Positions 15,501-30,150 of a stretch of 64,000 nucleotides of DNA are shown piece after piece (positions within the stretch are counted from its first letter, which is position 1; each line of letters begins with the position of its first letter). Origin of the DNA: Chrysomallon squamiferum (taxonomy: Eukaryota > Animalia > Mollusca); NCBI GenBank assembly GCA_012295275.1, contig CM022672.1:13702001-13766000 (forward strand), written 5' to 3'. A program made the position numbers and the translations under genes. A model generated the notes under the pieces. It saw only the letters and a list, made by a program, of their open reading frames with translations. It ran no database searches and was not told the origin of the DNA.

Positions 15501-17791
15501 ATTTTATTACCAGCATACTGTAAATCCTTGTGTTGTGGAAAGAAGGATTTTCGTAAATACTGAGGACATTCAAGGTACTGTAGAATTCTTGCCATCTGTA
15601 CATTAGCTTGACCTTTCTTTCCAATGCCATCAAATTCTCCTTCAGTAGTCCTTTAATAAATTAAAACTGTTTGTTACAGAAGCTTGTTCAATATTGATAA
15701 ACTTATTCATTTGTATGTTTCTTACAAAATGAATTATATGTAAAAAAAAATTGTTTTGAAAATTTAAATTAGTAAACACAATCCTTTATTATCAATATTA
15801 AGTACTAACTGTCAACATGTCAATGAAATTATATAAACATTGACAAAAAAACAACAACGAAAACAAAATGGAAGAGAATTTATTTGTTTTGTACTTACTT
15901 TTGTGTGCATCCTGTTTCATCAAAAATCACAATTTCATCTACATTGAATACAACAGCCGCACGGGCTATCTGAAAAATATTTCATAATAAAAAATGTACA
16001 CATTTCATATTCAATCTAGGTAAACACTTTTACTGTGTAATCACTAAAGCAAAGCAAAATATGAATAAGATAATTAAATGTCATTGGTAAAAAAAAACAA
16101 TTAAAAATGAAAATAAGGACTACAATAAATATTCTATCATGTGCAAGGATTTCAATAAACAGTAGGGCAGACTACTAGCCATTTTTTTTAACTGTTGTAA
16201 AAATATGGATCAATTTTCTTCAATGTGCCAGCCAACTGCCATAATTAGTAAATGTTTTATCAGATATCATGGTGCACATAAAAGCTGATTTGCTGCTAAT
16301 CATATCAGGTGTAGGGTTTAAGGCAGCTGTATGTCTTCTTTCTTATTATATGTATGTTCTTAACAATATTCTTAATGCATATAATTATATTACCAATGAG
16401 TCAAGTACATAGTTAAAAATACTTATTACTTCCTTCCATAAAAAAAATAAATAAATAATACCTGACCGGCCAAGTAAGTTCTTAATTCTGGTGATTGTGC
16501 ATTGTCCAGTATCGATCCAGGTAGAGCAATAGTTACAGTGTAAGGACGGCCTGAGAAAAAAAAAAAAAAAATGTATATATATATGTAGAATGAATATTTA
16601 TTGACACTGTTGACTGCTCTTACTTAAAGCAGTACTGTAATTTCTGTATGAACCTTCTGATGTACAGAAAATCATGCACCAAGCTAGCCCTTGATAAACC
16701 GCAAAAAGGATGACACAATGTAACTTGTAAGAATGGAAATAATACAGAAATATACAGAAGCAACACAGTTCAGACTAACAGAAAAAAGATACTTTCCAAA
16801 TGAATGCCAACCATTTTCAAAACAATGGAAGAGAAAAATCCATGTTAAAAAAAGCAAGAAAAGATAGGTAATTAATATCCTAACTCCATTAAAATTATTC
16901 AAAAATAGAAAACTTGTGCCTCTTTTGGCTTCACACTATGCCTTATTTCTTTTATTTATTTCTTTTCTTTTTTTTGATGTGGGTGGGTAAATCTTTGTTT
17001 TAAGTATAAATCATACCTTTCTTCTCTTTTGTCTTCTTTTCTTCATTTTCTTTCCTTTTCTTTGCTTCTGATTCTTTCTCTCGAGTAATTTCATTTTCCA
17101 ATGTTTTAATTAATTTCTCTTCCTTCCATTTTCGTTTTGCAGTTTTTTCTTTAAAATATTAAATCAGCAAATAATGTAAAAATAAAATCCTGGTCAATAA
17201 ATTTTTATGACAAGTTTATGGTTCAAAACAATAAAATGTATTAACTTCAAAAATATGAATTCTGTAGAAATACATGCTTTGCATCATTCATTTTCAGTAC
17301 TTTCTGTAACAACCAAATGTCAAAACTGAAGGCATTTTTAACCCTTTTAGATTGAATGCAGAACAAATTTGGTAACAAATTGTTTAAGTAAATTTGTTGA
17401 ACTGTAATTAATATTAGTAAAATTAAAACAACTCTTATTTTAATTTTGCTACATTCTATCATGTTCAATTTTAATAAATGATTTACATTATGAGATGTTT
17501 TGTAAATAAAATTATATTAGGTAAATTTCCCATTACTGAATGAATTATTTTAAAACTGAGACACTATACATTACTTTCTTCTTTCCATTTCTTCCATTCT
17601 TTAGGCTGAAACAAATCAAAAATGTTTTTAAAAAATATTTAGAAATCAGGCTGATGAATATATAATACAAGTCACAACACTATTTAATGTCATAATTAAT
17701 CTCACAACATTATCAAATAATGTTCCCAGAAGCTATTTTAAATACATAGTCTTAGGATTTGCATTAATTTGTGATTAACATATGGTACTGA

Positions 17792-17825
<34 letters not shown>

Positions 17826-18705
17826 AAATGAAAAATATAATAGCTTTAAAATTAGCATTTCAATTTACAAATAATCTCTGGAATTGATCAAACATCTTAG
17901 GTTTCTAAACATTTATGATAGAGCTACATCTGAAGGGAACATCTGTGCACAGAGTTCACCTAGCTATCAACAACTTAATTAGATTAATCATATTCAAATA
18001 AATAAGTTGACTTTTTTATATTTTTTGAAACTACTTGACAATTTTTATTTAATTATTTTTTTTATGTTATTTTTATAGACTTCTTATATATATAAATAAA
18101 TAAAAATAATATAAAAAATTAATGCACTAACTTAATTTGTGTAAATTTTTGAAATTTCTGTAAACAAAATAACATTCTCAAGTCTGCATTATAAAGTTAT
18201 CAAAACTAAGACAGTTATTAAAACTAATATATAATACAGAAAGTCTGAATAAATGTTTGTGGCAATAACATTGATGATTAAGTTGATTAACCACAATTAA
18301 AATTTTTAATTAAAAATATTCAGATGCCCTAAATAATGTAAATTACAAAACAATTATAACCTTAAAATCAACTTGAATCTGCACATTATTCTCATATAAC
18401 GTGATTATAATGAAGATACTGATACTGACAGTGAATCACTGATGTTTATCTTCATTTAATTAATGATCATCATCATGATCGATGATCATGATGCATTGAT
18501 CATTTGATGGATGATCTTAACTTTCTATGTTTGAATCTTTATATTTTCACTAATATTTTTTGTTTTGGAAATAAAATTAATGTTAGTTTAATAAATTTCT
18601 TCATTTATAATAAAATACTGTAAAAATAATTACAGTTCTTGGCATGCCAGGTTTTTCATAATTAGTATCTCCATCTGCTTTCGATTTTTCAATCAAAGTA
18701 GCCAT
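12574..18705 (-). CDS. SPOUT1: SPOUT-domain methyltransferase SPOUT1 (C9orf114/CENP-32), 11 coding exons
   Basis: Start MATLIEKSK (18634-18705); Lys/Glu-rich N-terminus; GRPYTVTIALPGSILDNAQSPELRTYLAGQ; IARAAVVFNVDEIVIFDE; RILQYLECPQYLRK; GVLNPLDCPHH; YWGYSVR; YDLTVGTSDRG; HALVVFGG; YLNTCPGQGSRTIRTEEAILITLSAL; TAG at 12574-12576. Confidence 0.97.
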
Positions 18706-18959
18706 TGTGCACAACTTCGAATGTTAAGCTCTTTCCTCTTATATAAATTTAATTACATAAACATAATATTTATCAAGACTGAAAACAAGGTAGATAATTC
18801 AATCATAAAGTATTATGGAAAACTGAAGAGTTTGGGATAGCCGAAACTACGTTATAATTTGTATAATTTGTATGGACTATCGAGACTATTTCAAGTCTTC
18901 CGACCGAAACAAAAACAAAAGCTTTGAATAATTGTAATGTATCGAATAACATTTTAAAC

Positions 18960-18994
<35 letters not shown>

Positions 18995-19255
18995 GATGGA
19001 TTTATGTGGTAGAAAACAGCATTTTTACGCGAAGATTAAGAAACGAATTAATTTAAAATGAAAGTATTAGTTCAAACTTCTAAAATGATTATTTTTGGTG
19101 ATGACTATTACTATAGCATAGGACAGAATACTGAGAACAGGGTCAGGGCACCTGTCAGTTCACAGAAAGAGCACGTAACTTGGGCTATGACCAGTTAACA
19201 TACTACGATCTTTAATTCAAATAAAATAACGTAATTTAAAAGAAATGACTAGAAA
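18706..19255. promoter_or_regulatory. Probable bidirectional promoter between SPOUT1 and the raw-like gene
   Basis: Divergent start codons are only ~550 bp apart, and CpG is retained here relative to the gene bodies. Confidence 0.65.
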
Positions 19256-22200
19256 ATGGAACAGAACAACGATGTAACAGACAAAATATTTGGATCATAT
19301 ACAAGGTTTGTTTTTATTATTATTGTTGTTTTATTTTTTATTATTATGTTTTTTCTTCTGATGTTCTGAGCAATTGTGTTTATATTTTAATTAGATAATA
19401 ATTAGATAGTATTTATTGGAGTTTAAGGTGGGTTTTTAAATTTTTTTAACTGTTACGTTTTTGTTATTTCAATGAAAATAATATTTTGAATATATATTAA
19501 TGAAATGTAAAATCAATAAATATTTTAAAATAATATTTCTAATTAATTTAATGATTAAATTAAATAACCTAACTAAAAAATAACATAATTTAATTAAAAT
19601 AATATATTATTTATGTTAAACCACTACATATTAAGTAAACCCTATCAAATATCATTATAATGTATGTGTTTTAATTAATACTGTTTATATAATTATGTCA
19701 CAGACAACTGTGGGAAGTATTTAAAAAATATGACCAAGGTCAGAACAAATTGCCAATTACATCTCTGCGAACAGCCTTCAATGAACTTTCACTTTTCCCA
19801 TCAAATTCACAGAGTAAGTTTTGTTACTTAAAATATACTGTTGCTCTAAATTTACCTCCAACAACACATTACAACATATATATTTGTTTTCTCTAAAGAT
19901 ATATGTATATTGTTTAAAATCCCCTAAAAGAAAGTAATTATGTTTGTTTACTGTAAAAAACAATTCTGCAATGATGTTAAATTATGATTTTTCATTTATT
20001 ATTATTATTTTTTTTTTTTTTTCTGGAAATAAATATTCTTTGGTTTTCAAAACACAGAATAAATTTTGGGAAAAATTTTGTTTTTCAGTATTGGAAATGG
20101 TTCACTGTGCTGTTGAATATGGAAGTCCATGCATTGCTAATCATATCACATTTGGAGAATTTTGTGTACTTGTTGTTGAGTTGCAGCACCATTATGAAAG
20201 AGCGTAAGTTGTGAGAGGTTTATTAGACCTTTATAACATGCTGTTCTCTTTAATAATGATAATAAAAATAATAATGTAAATATGAAGGATTAAATGTACA
20301 CCAAATTAATTATAGTTGCAAATCACATGTGAAAGTTATACATTTAAATTTTATTGTTGAAGCATTTCTTTTCTTAGACCTTTGATTCTGGTTCTAATAA
20401 TAATAATAACGTAGCAGATTAATATTTAATTGGAAAGTTAAATATAATATTGTATTGAAATTTTTTTGTTGATAGGAAAAAATATATGGAGTGAAAGTCA
20501 AAATTATGTCCTCACAGAGGTGTGTGTTGTTCAGTTAAAAAGGTATAATTGATTTTTCTACAGACAGTCACTTCCCCCACCGAAATCACTGTTGAAAAAG
20601 AAAGGTGACACCTTGGAAAGAAGACGAAGGAAAGGTACTTCTCCATAATCTAATACATTTATTCTCTGTTTGCATTATTTTATTTTATAAATAAATTAGA
20701 GAATTCATATTAGAAAAATATGATTCAGCTCATAAAATCATAGGCTAAGTTTTGAAGGGATTAAGTATTTTGAGGGATATTTAATTATTCTGGCATTTAT
20801 ATTCCATGTTGTAAGCTTCATTTTGGTATCATGCCATCTCCGTAACTTACATGCATATCCACATTCTTGGAAATTTCTAAGCAAACTTGAGTAATTTTTA
20901 CCAACTAAAATTCAGAAAAATCTTTCAATAATTATAAAATTCTTTTATGGTGTCCTCTCTCTGCACAACTGTTACTCTCTTTCTGAAAAAGAAAGACAAA
21001 AAACAAATAAGGAAGGAATAAGAATTCCATTTATTAATATGTACCACAGGGTATCTATACTGTATTGTGATTTTTCTGCTGTGATTTGTTAATAAAAATG
21101 TATAGTTACTTTCCTTTTAAATTATACTCTTTTTTCTTCTTGTTTTTTAAAAAATAATTTCAATATACATTATTTTAATTTATTATTTATTTTGTAGATA
21201 GTACTGCAAATTTTCAAGGTATGTAAAATATATATAAAATACTGAATCTTGTTATCATCATATATATCTACATTTCATTAAAAAACAAGAAATGAATTAG
21301 AATTAGTAACTTACCAATTATTTAAAAAATCTCAATAGAGATTTTATTATTATTTTTTTTTAAAACAGAGTATATTTATCTTTATGATAACAAATAATGT
21401 AAAACATTTCTCAAATGTTTTCACATTACAATTTACATATTTTATTTTGCAAATTTAAATTAAAAACTACTAACTGACTGGACAAATAATGTTTTTTGTT
21501 TTCTTTTTAATTTCTAGTTTTTCTTGGTGGCTCCTGCAACCCTACAACTTGGCGACATGATATTGCGATACCCCACTTTAAGAAGCACTGCATCACATTT
21601 TATAATCCAGTGTGTAAATTTTCTTATATTTAATGACACCATATCCATTTTCAGAAGAAAAAATATGTAAAAATCTTTTTTTTAACTGACAAAGAGATCT
21701 TATTTTATTGAGGTATAAATATCGTCAGTATGGCATGATGAGCCTAGAATATCACCATTTTGCTGATTATTTTCTTTTTCAGATATTTGTTTTTGAAGTT
21801 AGGCCTTAATCAGTTAAACTGATTATCAGTATTTGTACCTGTTCTCTTTTTATTTTAGCAAGTCAACAATTGGAGACCTGAACTGATAGAACTGGAGGAA
21901 AGAGCAAAACAAGTGAGATATAATAGAAATAATATATATTTTTTTAAAATCACAAATCTTTAATTATGTTTCATCCACTGACATTCCTCTATCTGATGTG
22001 CCCACAGGCAGAGTACCCAGCATGTATTTCTTACTTTATTTTTAATTAATCATTAATACAATTTTTTTTTTATTTAGAATGATAATAATACTAATAATAA
22101 TAATAATAGTAATAATGCTAATAATAATAAAAATAATAAAATAAACAAAAATAAATGGATATATATTTATACATTCTGTTGTAAACATTAAACACATTAT

Positions 22201-23836
22201 GTGTTCAGATCTGTCAATCAATCTATCTATCTGTCTATCTATATGTGTGTGTCTGTGTATCTGTGTGCTTTTTTATTTTTATTTTTATATTTACTTTATA
22301 GGTTGCTGATCTCCTGTTCTTTGTGATAGACAACCAAACTAGAGCTGTTGTTTCTATGGTTGAGGTTGCTTATCTTAGTGGTAAGGGTTAGTTTTTCACA
22401 TTTCTCATATAGCTTATTCATAAAATAAAAAGAATCAATTTTATTTACTGAACAGTATATGAAATCAGGTTCTTTGTTAGTGACAGTGTAGTTTTAAATT
22501 ATTATTTTTTCCCTATTCCATGTAAAATGCATTATCTTATATACATGTGCGTATATCTAAAGTCATACAAGTTAAAAAAAGAAAGAAAAGATTTGTGACA
22601 GAATTTAATTATGGTATTCTAATATCACATTCCTACTCTGTATATTTGTTGTATCCTTACGAATGTAACAACTAATTTTATCCACGTGCTGTATCTAGTG
22701 TATTGTATTTGTTGAAATGCATTTGTGATTCTACACAGAGTTTAATGGTTATTTGTTGTTTCAGGCTGTCACAGACAGACTATTGTTGTGTTTGATGATT
22801 ATGACTGGGAATGGGTGAAAGTACAAGGAGGCTGCCTGTCACAAAGGTGAACATTTCTAGACAATGTTATTTAGTTGTTAATTTCTTTATTATTAACAAC
22901 ATCATTATGTTTTATTATATTTAGATGTTGTTGTTGTTGTTGTTATTATTATTTATTTTTTTATTTTTTATTGTTATTATATTATTATTTTTATTATTAT
23001 TTGTTGTTTTTATTTGTTATTTATTATTTATTTTTTTTTTTATTATTATTTTTTTAAGAAAGACTTTTTTAGAGTGTAAATCATTTAAATAAAAAACGTT
23101 TACAAAATTCTGTGCAAATTTAGTGAAAAAATTAATTATTTGTACTGATTTCTTAAAGTAAAATCATGATAGATCTATAAAATTTAAATCTGAGACATAG
23201 CTCACACAGTATGTGTGTGGGAACATAATTTTATTTCAACTTGGACTTTGTATGGATAAAGATGTACCAGTCAACCAAAAATAACCATAAACTGAGAAAC
23301 AACCTGAATTTATTAATGACTAGAAAACATTAAACTTTAAATTCTTGGTGCTGTTAGAACTTTATATACAATTTTTAAAATAATGTATTTTAAGTCAAGC
23401 TTATATTCCTTTGGCTATTAAATACAGAGATGACATAAATTAGACAGACAAAAAATTATTTATGTAGATGTATGTATGATTAAAACTAGCTGATTTAACC
23501 CTGTATATTTTTGATAAGTTAGGTTTTAATTTTTAGAGAGAAACATGATCTTATTCGTGCACGCAATGTTTTGATGGACATAGTAGAAAGAAATGGAATT
23601 CCTGTTTTTGACAACATTCAGAAAGGCCTGGATTGTGCAACCATTGTTATACAACAGGTCAGAATTCTTTCAGTTGTGAATAATCTTTTTTAATACATTG
23701 AAAAAAAAAAAAAAGACTTAATTACCTGTAATTTTTGTTCATCTTTCATGAGACTGTAATAATGATTATTTTTGATTTCAGTTAATGGATTGTTGACCTT
23801 GTTGTTGTTGTTGTTACCACTATCATCATCATTAAT

Positions 23837-23867
<31 letters not shown>

Positions 23868-24407
23868 GTTAAAAACAATTATAGTATTTAAAGGACTTTT
23901 TTTTTTTTTTTTTTTTCCAGGATCTGTTTTCACCAAATATTGTTTTAATAATTTTGTTTTATTTTTTACAATTATAATCTTTTCTTTTCCTTTTGGTTCA
24001 AGGAAGCACTGAATATTTTATATAATGGTACACTCAATATGTTTGTAATATTGCTTCAAGACTATACGTATCTTATTTTCAGTGATGAAATATTTTTGAA
24101 CTGGTAAAGTTATTGTTGTTATGTTGTCTCAGGGTATCAGAGTGCAGGACCTGAATGTCAGTCATGGAGCCCAGCCGGTGAGGTATGGACACACCCAGGC
24201 TGGCGAAGCTCTCTTGTTAGTATTTGAAGATTATTCATATTGTTAAAATCATTATCCTTTATGTTGTTTCACAAAAGAGAAATTTGTAAGAAGAATAGAA
24301 ATTTAGCTTAATAATGTGCACAAATGATATTTTAAGCAAAATGTAAATTCTTTTTAAGCTTTTCAAATTTCAAATTGGAATTCTGTACAGAAATTTCTTG
24401 ACTGCAG

Positions 24408-24441
<34 letters not shown>

Positions 24442-27400
24442 GTAATAATTTAAATAAAATTAATATATGTGCTTGTGCATACATAGGTAGTTGTAATAGT
24501 AGTAAAAGTAATAATAATAATTTTATTATTATTATTAATATTATGATTATTATTATTTAAATTATTGTATATTTTTTAATATTACTTGTTAAGCTAGTAC
24601 TTACATAATTAAATCATAAATATTTGTTTAAAATTTCAAGCATGTTCTTATTCTGTATTTTATATGTATTGTCACTTACAAACTATTTGTCTGGTTTTTG
24701 TTATTAATCTGATTGTTATTGTTGTTGTAGAAAACTGAGGGAGACATTTAATTCAGTAACAGGAAATGCAGAAGGAAAAATAGTTAAAGACGATGTAAGT
24801 ATATCTTCACTTTTATTCTAATTAAACATATTAATAAAACATATTTAAAATTGTTTTTAAGAACAATTGTCCCAGTTTATAAAAGGGTGAAAAAAACTTT
24901 TGTTAAAAGTTCGTCCAAAAATAAATACGATCATTTGCCTTGAACACAGATATGTTTCAGATCTGACCTGGATACAAACGTTATGCTTCAGATTAGTCAG
25001 AGACAGAAATGTTATGTTTCAAATTATTTAAAGATACCACTGATTCATTTTAGAGTGAATACAGATGTTATTTTCCAGCTTGGTCAAGTTCATTAATGCA
25101 TGTGTTTCAGGTTATGGAGACAAATGTAAATATGTTGTGTTACAATTTGTTATTAAAGGTACATCTGTTACCCGTTTCATATTATTCTGGGATAAAAACA
25201 GTGCATATTTCAAATTTGTTATCCAGATGTTATCTGTTTCAGATTTATTACTCAAGTTTTCATGTGTTATATGTTTCAGATTAGTCAGGAGTACAAATAT
25301 TATCTGTTTCAGATTACTCATGGATACAAATGTTATCTGTTTCAGAATAGTCAGGGATACAAATATGTATTTCAGGTCTGTCTGGGATACAAGTGGTTAA
25401 CATTAGTCATGATCCATTTCAGATGAGTGAGGAGGATACTTTTGATGTTGTATTTCACATTGGTCAAGATACGACTGTTACTGTTTCAGATAAATCAAGG
25501 ATACAAATATTATCTGCTTCAGATTCCCCAGGATACAGTTTTGCTGCTGTTTCACAAATATTGTGTCAGTTTCATTAAGGATATAACTGATGAAATACAA
25601 CTGTTTACTCAGTAATACAATTGTTAACTGTAGTCATGGATACAAATGTTACTGTTTCAGATTTGTCTGGGATACAAATGTTACTGTTTCAGGTTTGTTT
25701 GATATACAACTATTAGGTTTAGTTTAATCATGGATACAACTTTCATATTTAGTTTAGCTGTCTTCTGTTTCAGGTTTTTTGTGAAGGATACAAATGTTAT
25801 GTGTTTCAGGTTAGTCATGGATACCATTATTACTCTTTCAGACTTTTCTGGGATACAACAGTTATGTTTAGAACTCTCTGGGATACAACCATTATGTTTA
25901 GAACTGTCTGGGATACAACGGTCATGTTTAGTCAGTTGTTATCTGTTTCAGGTTAGTCAGGGGTACAAATGTTATGCGTTTCAGGTTTGTCTTGGATACA
26001 AATGTTACTCAGGACAGGAACTCAACCCACAGTGGCTGCAGCAGCAGAGACGAGGACAGAACTCTTTCACGTTTGAAGAATTTTGCTGTATTGTCACAGA
26101 GTTCCGAAAAAAGGTAAATTGTTTAAAGCTGGTAAAAAAAAAAAAAAAAAACCCTTTGGAATCAGGATAATGTTTAATGTATGTTTTTGGATTAGAGCAA
26201 GAGTTAATGTGAATAGTATTTGTAGCAGAAGAAGAAACCAGCCAGAAATATTTTCCTAACCTAAATGCATTTATTATTGTAATGCATACACTGAAATGAA
26301 ATTTTGAACCTCAGATACCATCGAAAAGTCAAAATTATAACAAAATAGTTAAAAGAATATTTTTCCAGCCAATTACATATAATTAATCATTATTTATTTT
26401 AGTTTTTTTAATTTAAATTATGTTTTTGTTGTCTTGCAGATTCCATGGCATTAATAAAAGATTTCTTATTGCATATTGAAAAAAAAAAAAAGGAACTCAT
26501 GCAGGTTTTTTTCTGCATGTTTATTCTTTATGTAAATTTAAAAAAAAAAAAAAAAAAAGTTTTATTGTTTATTAAGGTTTAAAAGTCATTAAATTTATAT
26601 ATTAAGTATGTAATGAGAAGCATGGAACAAAATACTGTTTACCTCAAAGCTTTTTATTTTAATTGTTATTATTATTATTATTATTAATTGTTTGTTTTTT
26701 AAATGTTTGTTTTTTGTATTTGTTTTCAGAAACCCTCACTCCTTTCAACATTTATATCAAAGATATTGTATCCTATAACTTGGATTGCAGGTTTGTTAAC
26801 TGTCTTAGTGGAAAATTATAATTTATTTTTATAAAATGTATATATTTATATAATACATTAATGTGAAATGATCATAAACTAATCAATTTATTTTCCAAGA
26901 ATTTGTTAGACATTCAGTTATGATTGAAAAAAAAAGGATATTTCTTATTTTTTCAAAATTTTCTATTATTATTATTATAACTGTTGTTGTTGTTATTATT
27001 ATTATTATTTTGTAAGAGTTAATAATCTTTAATATTAAAATATATTTAGATGTAATATCAAGTTACTTGTTTCTGGTCGTGTTTATTTTATTTTATTTTT
27101 AAAAATGTTATTTTATGCTTGATATTATATTTATATATTTGAAAGTTAAAATTGTTTTTAAAATTGTATGATAGGAAAACTTAAACCTGCTGAAGAGTTA
27201 CCAGATGTTGACAACACTCGTGATGTTTACCTCGGCGGTAGTTGTGGTGAAAACAACTGGAGAGAAAATATAGCTATACCAATTCTTAAGTGAGTTTTCA
27301 CTATTTGTTTGTTTAGTTTGCTTATTTATTTATTTGTTTTGTTTGTTTGTTTGTTTGTTTGTTTGTTTGTTTGTTTATTTTTATTTTGCTTATTTATTTA

Positions 27401-29915
27401 TTTTGATTTTCATTTAATTTCTAAATTTTACATACTTTATTTATTTATTTATTTGTTGAATTATTATACTTTTGTTTATTTATCTTTCATTTATTAATAT
27501 ATTTAATTATATTTTTAATTGTTTACTGAAGATTTATATTTCATTTATTTATATTCAAAAATACAATTAATTTAAGTCAAACATGAGTGATGCTGAATTT
27601 TAAAGTTGCATAGGTTTGTGTATGTCCTTTTTGTGAATTATTATAATTATGATTATTATTACTTTATTTAATTATTTATTTATGTTATTTTTTATTTCTG
27701 TTATTTTATATATTTACTTGCTTTATTTATTTTTTAAATTTTAATATTTATTATTTTCTTTTTTTATTCTTTATTACCTTATTTCGTTTTCTTTTCATTC
27801 AGAACTAATCATCTGTGTTTATTTATGCCCCTATTTACCTCTTTGTGTACTATGTGTGTCTCATTTATACCCATCATATGTTAATCTTTTGTAGCAGTAT
27901 ACATTAGTAGAATATTTTTATTATTGTAGATGTCATGACTTGCAATTCTAGCAATGTTGTTCATTTATGTTAATCTTTTTGCAGCAGTAAACATCAGTAG
28001 AGAATTTTTAATATTTTAGATACCAACACTTAAAATTACTGAAGATGGCTTGACCTCAAATCTGCCATTGTTTTTCATTTATGCCCAAAATAAGCAAAAC
28101 TTGTGTATCAGTCTGAGTCAATCAGAATATATTTTTGTTTTGTTGTTGATTTCATAGCTTGACATCTGTTCTGAGCTATGTTGTACATTTTATGCCCATC
28201 ATATGTTAATCTTTTGTCTCTGCATGACTAAGTAAGCACAAAGTATTTTTGTTTTACTGCAGACGTCATGGTTTGTCCTACGTAAACCCACACGTCACAG
28301 ACTGGATGTCCAGTCTGATTCCTATGCAGGTGGCACTGAGAGAGAAATGTCGACTGTTACTCTACATTTTCACTGAAAACACTCGAGGTTTGGCAGCCAT
28401 GGTGGAGGTACAGTTCAATATGTTTCTGTTTGTTAATTCTGAAAAATAGATTAGATATTCAAAAATTGTCGAACATTATGTTATTTTTTAAAAAGTTGAT
28501 TGGTCGTTTTTAGTGCTTTAGCAGTTTTAATCAAACCTAATTTTCACTTTTTGGATAGGATTCTGTAATTTGTTAATTATGATGAGATGGTTAATTAATG
28601 ATAAAATTTTTAAAATTATATATGTTTTTAAAGAGGTTCATTGATAGCGAAACACTCCCAAGGTGACAAATAATTAAAAAGTTGATTTGTCATTTTCAGT
28701 GCTTTAGCAATTTAATCAAACCCAGTTTTTACTTTTTGGATAGAATTCTGTAATTTGTTAATTATAATGATTTTTTTTTTTTTTTTTAATGATAATAATT
28801 TTAATCTATATGTGTTTTTCAAGAGATTCATTGATCAGGAAAAACTCCCAAGTGACAAATAATTAATAAAAATTGTAATGAAAATGGCTTACACTCAGTA
28901 TCTGATATTTCTGCCCATTCTGGGAAAGTAGTAGATATTGCACTGGACTGATAAAAATGTTCTTCAGAGATTCAGTTAAAACTGACTATACTGTGACATG
29001 TAATGGAGTCTCTATAGATTCAATGGAAATAAAAACTGTGATTGCTTTAAAGATCTTTAAAAGACACACAATATTAATGACTGACAGCACACCTGAACTT
29101 ATTCTCTAATTTTCTAAAAAATAGAGACAGACAATCCAGTGATTAATTTGTCTTTTATGTCCATGATAGATGCACTTTAGCCCCATGGGACATAAAATTT
29201 CACTTATTTGGTTGATCAGGAGAGAAAATGAAATTAATCCATGATTTAATTAATGTGTAGTTGTCTGATTTAATAATATTATAAAAAGTTTTTAAAATGT
29301 GTTTATAAGAAGAATTCAGTGATTTATATCTCTGACAAATTTCAGGCTGGCTATTACATTGGTCTTGGCTGTAGAGTTGTTCTCTGCATAACAAAACTCA
29401 AACGAGGAACCATCATTTGTGGAGAAGAGGTGATTGTGATTGTGATTTTTTAATAATAAATTATAAAATTATACAAAACTTTAAAAGAAGAGTTACATCA
29501 GTTTGATAACTTTTGGAGAAAATGAAATTTTTTAATTTGTAATATAAAATTATAGTTTTACAAGTAACACACTGCTGAATTTAATGTTGAACAGTTAAAT
29601 AACATTTTTTAAAATATTTTGTATGTACGCAAGTGACTGTGGTAGTGAAGTTATGTGTGTCTGAATGTGTGTAAGTGTATTTGTTTGTCTGATTTTGAAT
29701 GATTGTTCATTCACAAACACGACCACACACACACACACACACACACACTTTCTCTCTCTCTCTTGCACCTACATGTACACACACACACAAACACACACAT
29801 ATACACTCTCTCACCCTCAGTGCAGACTCACACATTCTCCTACTCTTGCATATACAAACTCACACGCATACACACACACACACACACACACACACTTTCT
29901 CTCTCTCTCTTGCAC

Positions 29916-29958
<43 letters not shown>

Positions 29959-30100
29959 GACATTCTCCCACACACAAACACATACATACACACACACACA
30001 CAGACACACACACACACACAGACATACACACACACACACATTCTCCCACTCTTGCATACACAAACTCACACCCACACAGACACCCACACCCACACACAGA

Positions 30101-30150
<50 letters not shown>

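Noticed and set aside
18460-18520. catcatgatc-gat-gatcatgatg hairpin and box C-like words in SPOUT1 intron 1
   Set aside because: Low-complexity ATC/GAT sequence makes such palindromes likely by chance, and no coherent C/D snoRNA layout was found.
22651-22660. gtatcctt resembling a U12 donor
   Set aside because: Lies mid-intron rather than at an exon boundary, and the flanking exons join in frame via GT-AG.
24950-26010. Repeat array superficially like a CRISPR array
   Set aside because: Eukaryotic intron, degenerate contiguous units without unique spacers, no cas genes. The unit derives from the adjacent splice junction.
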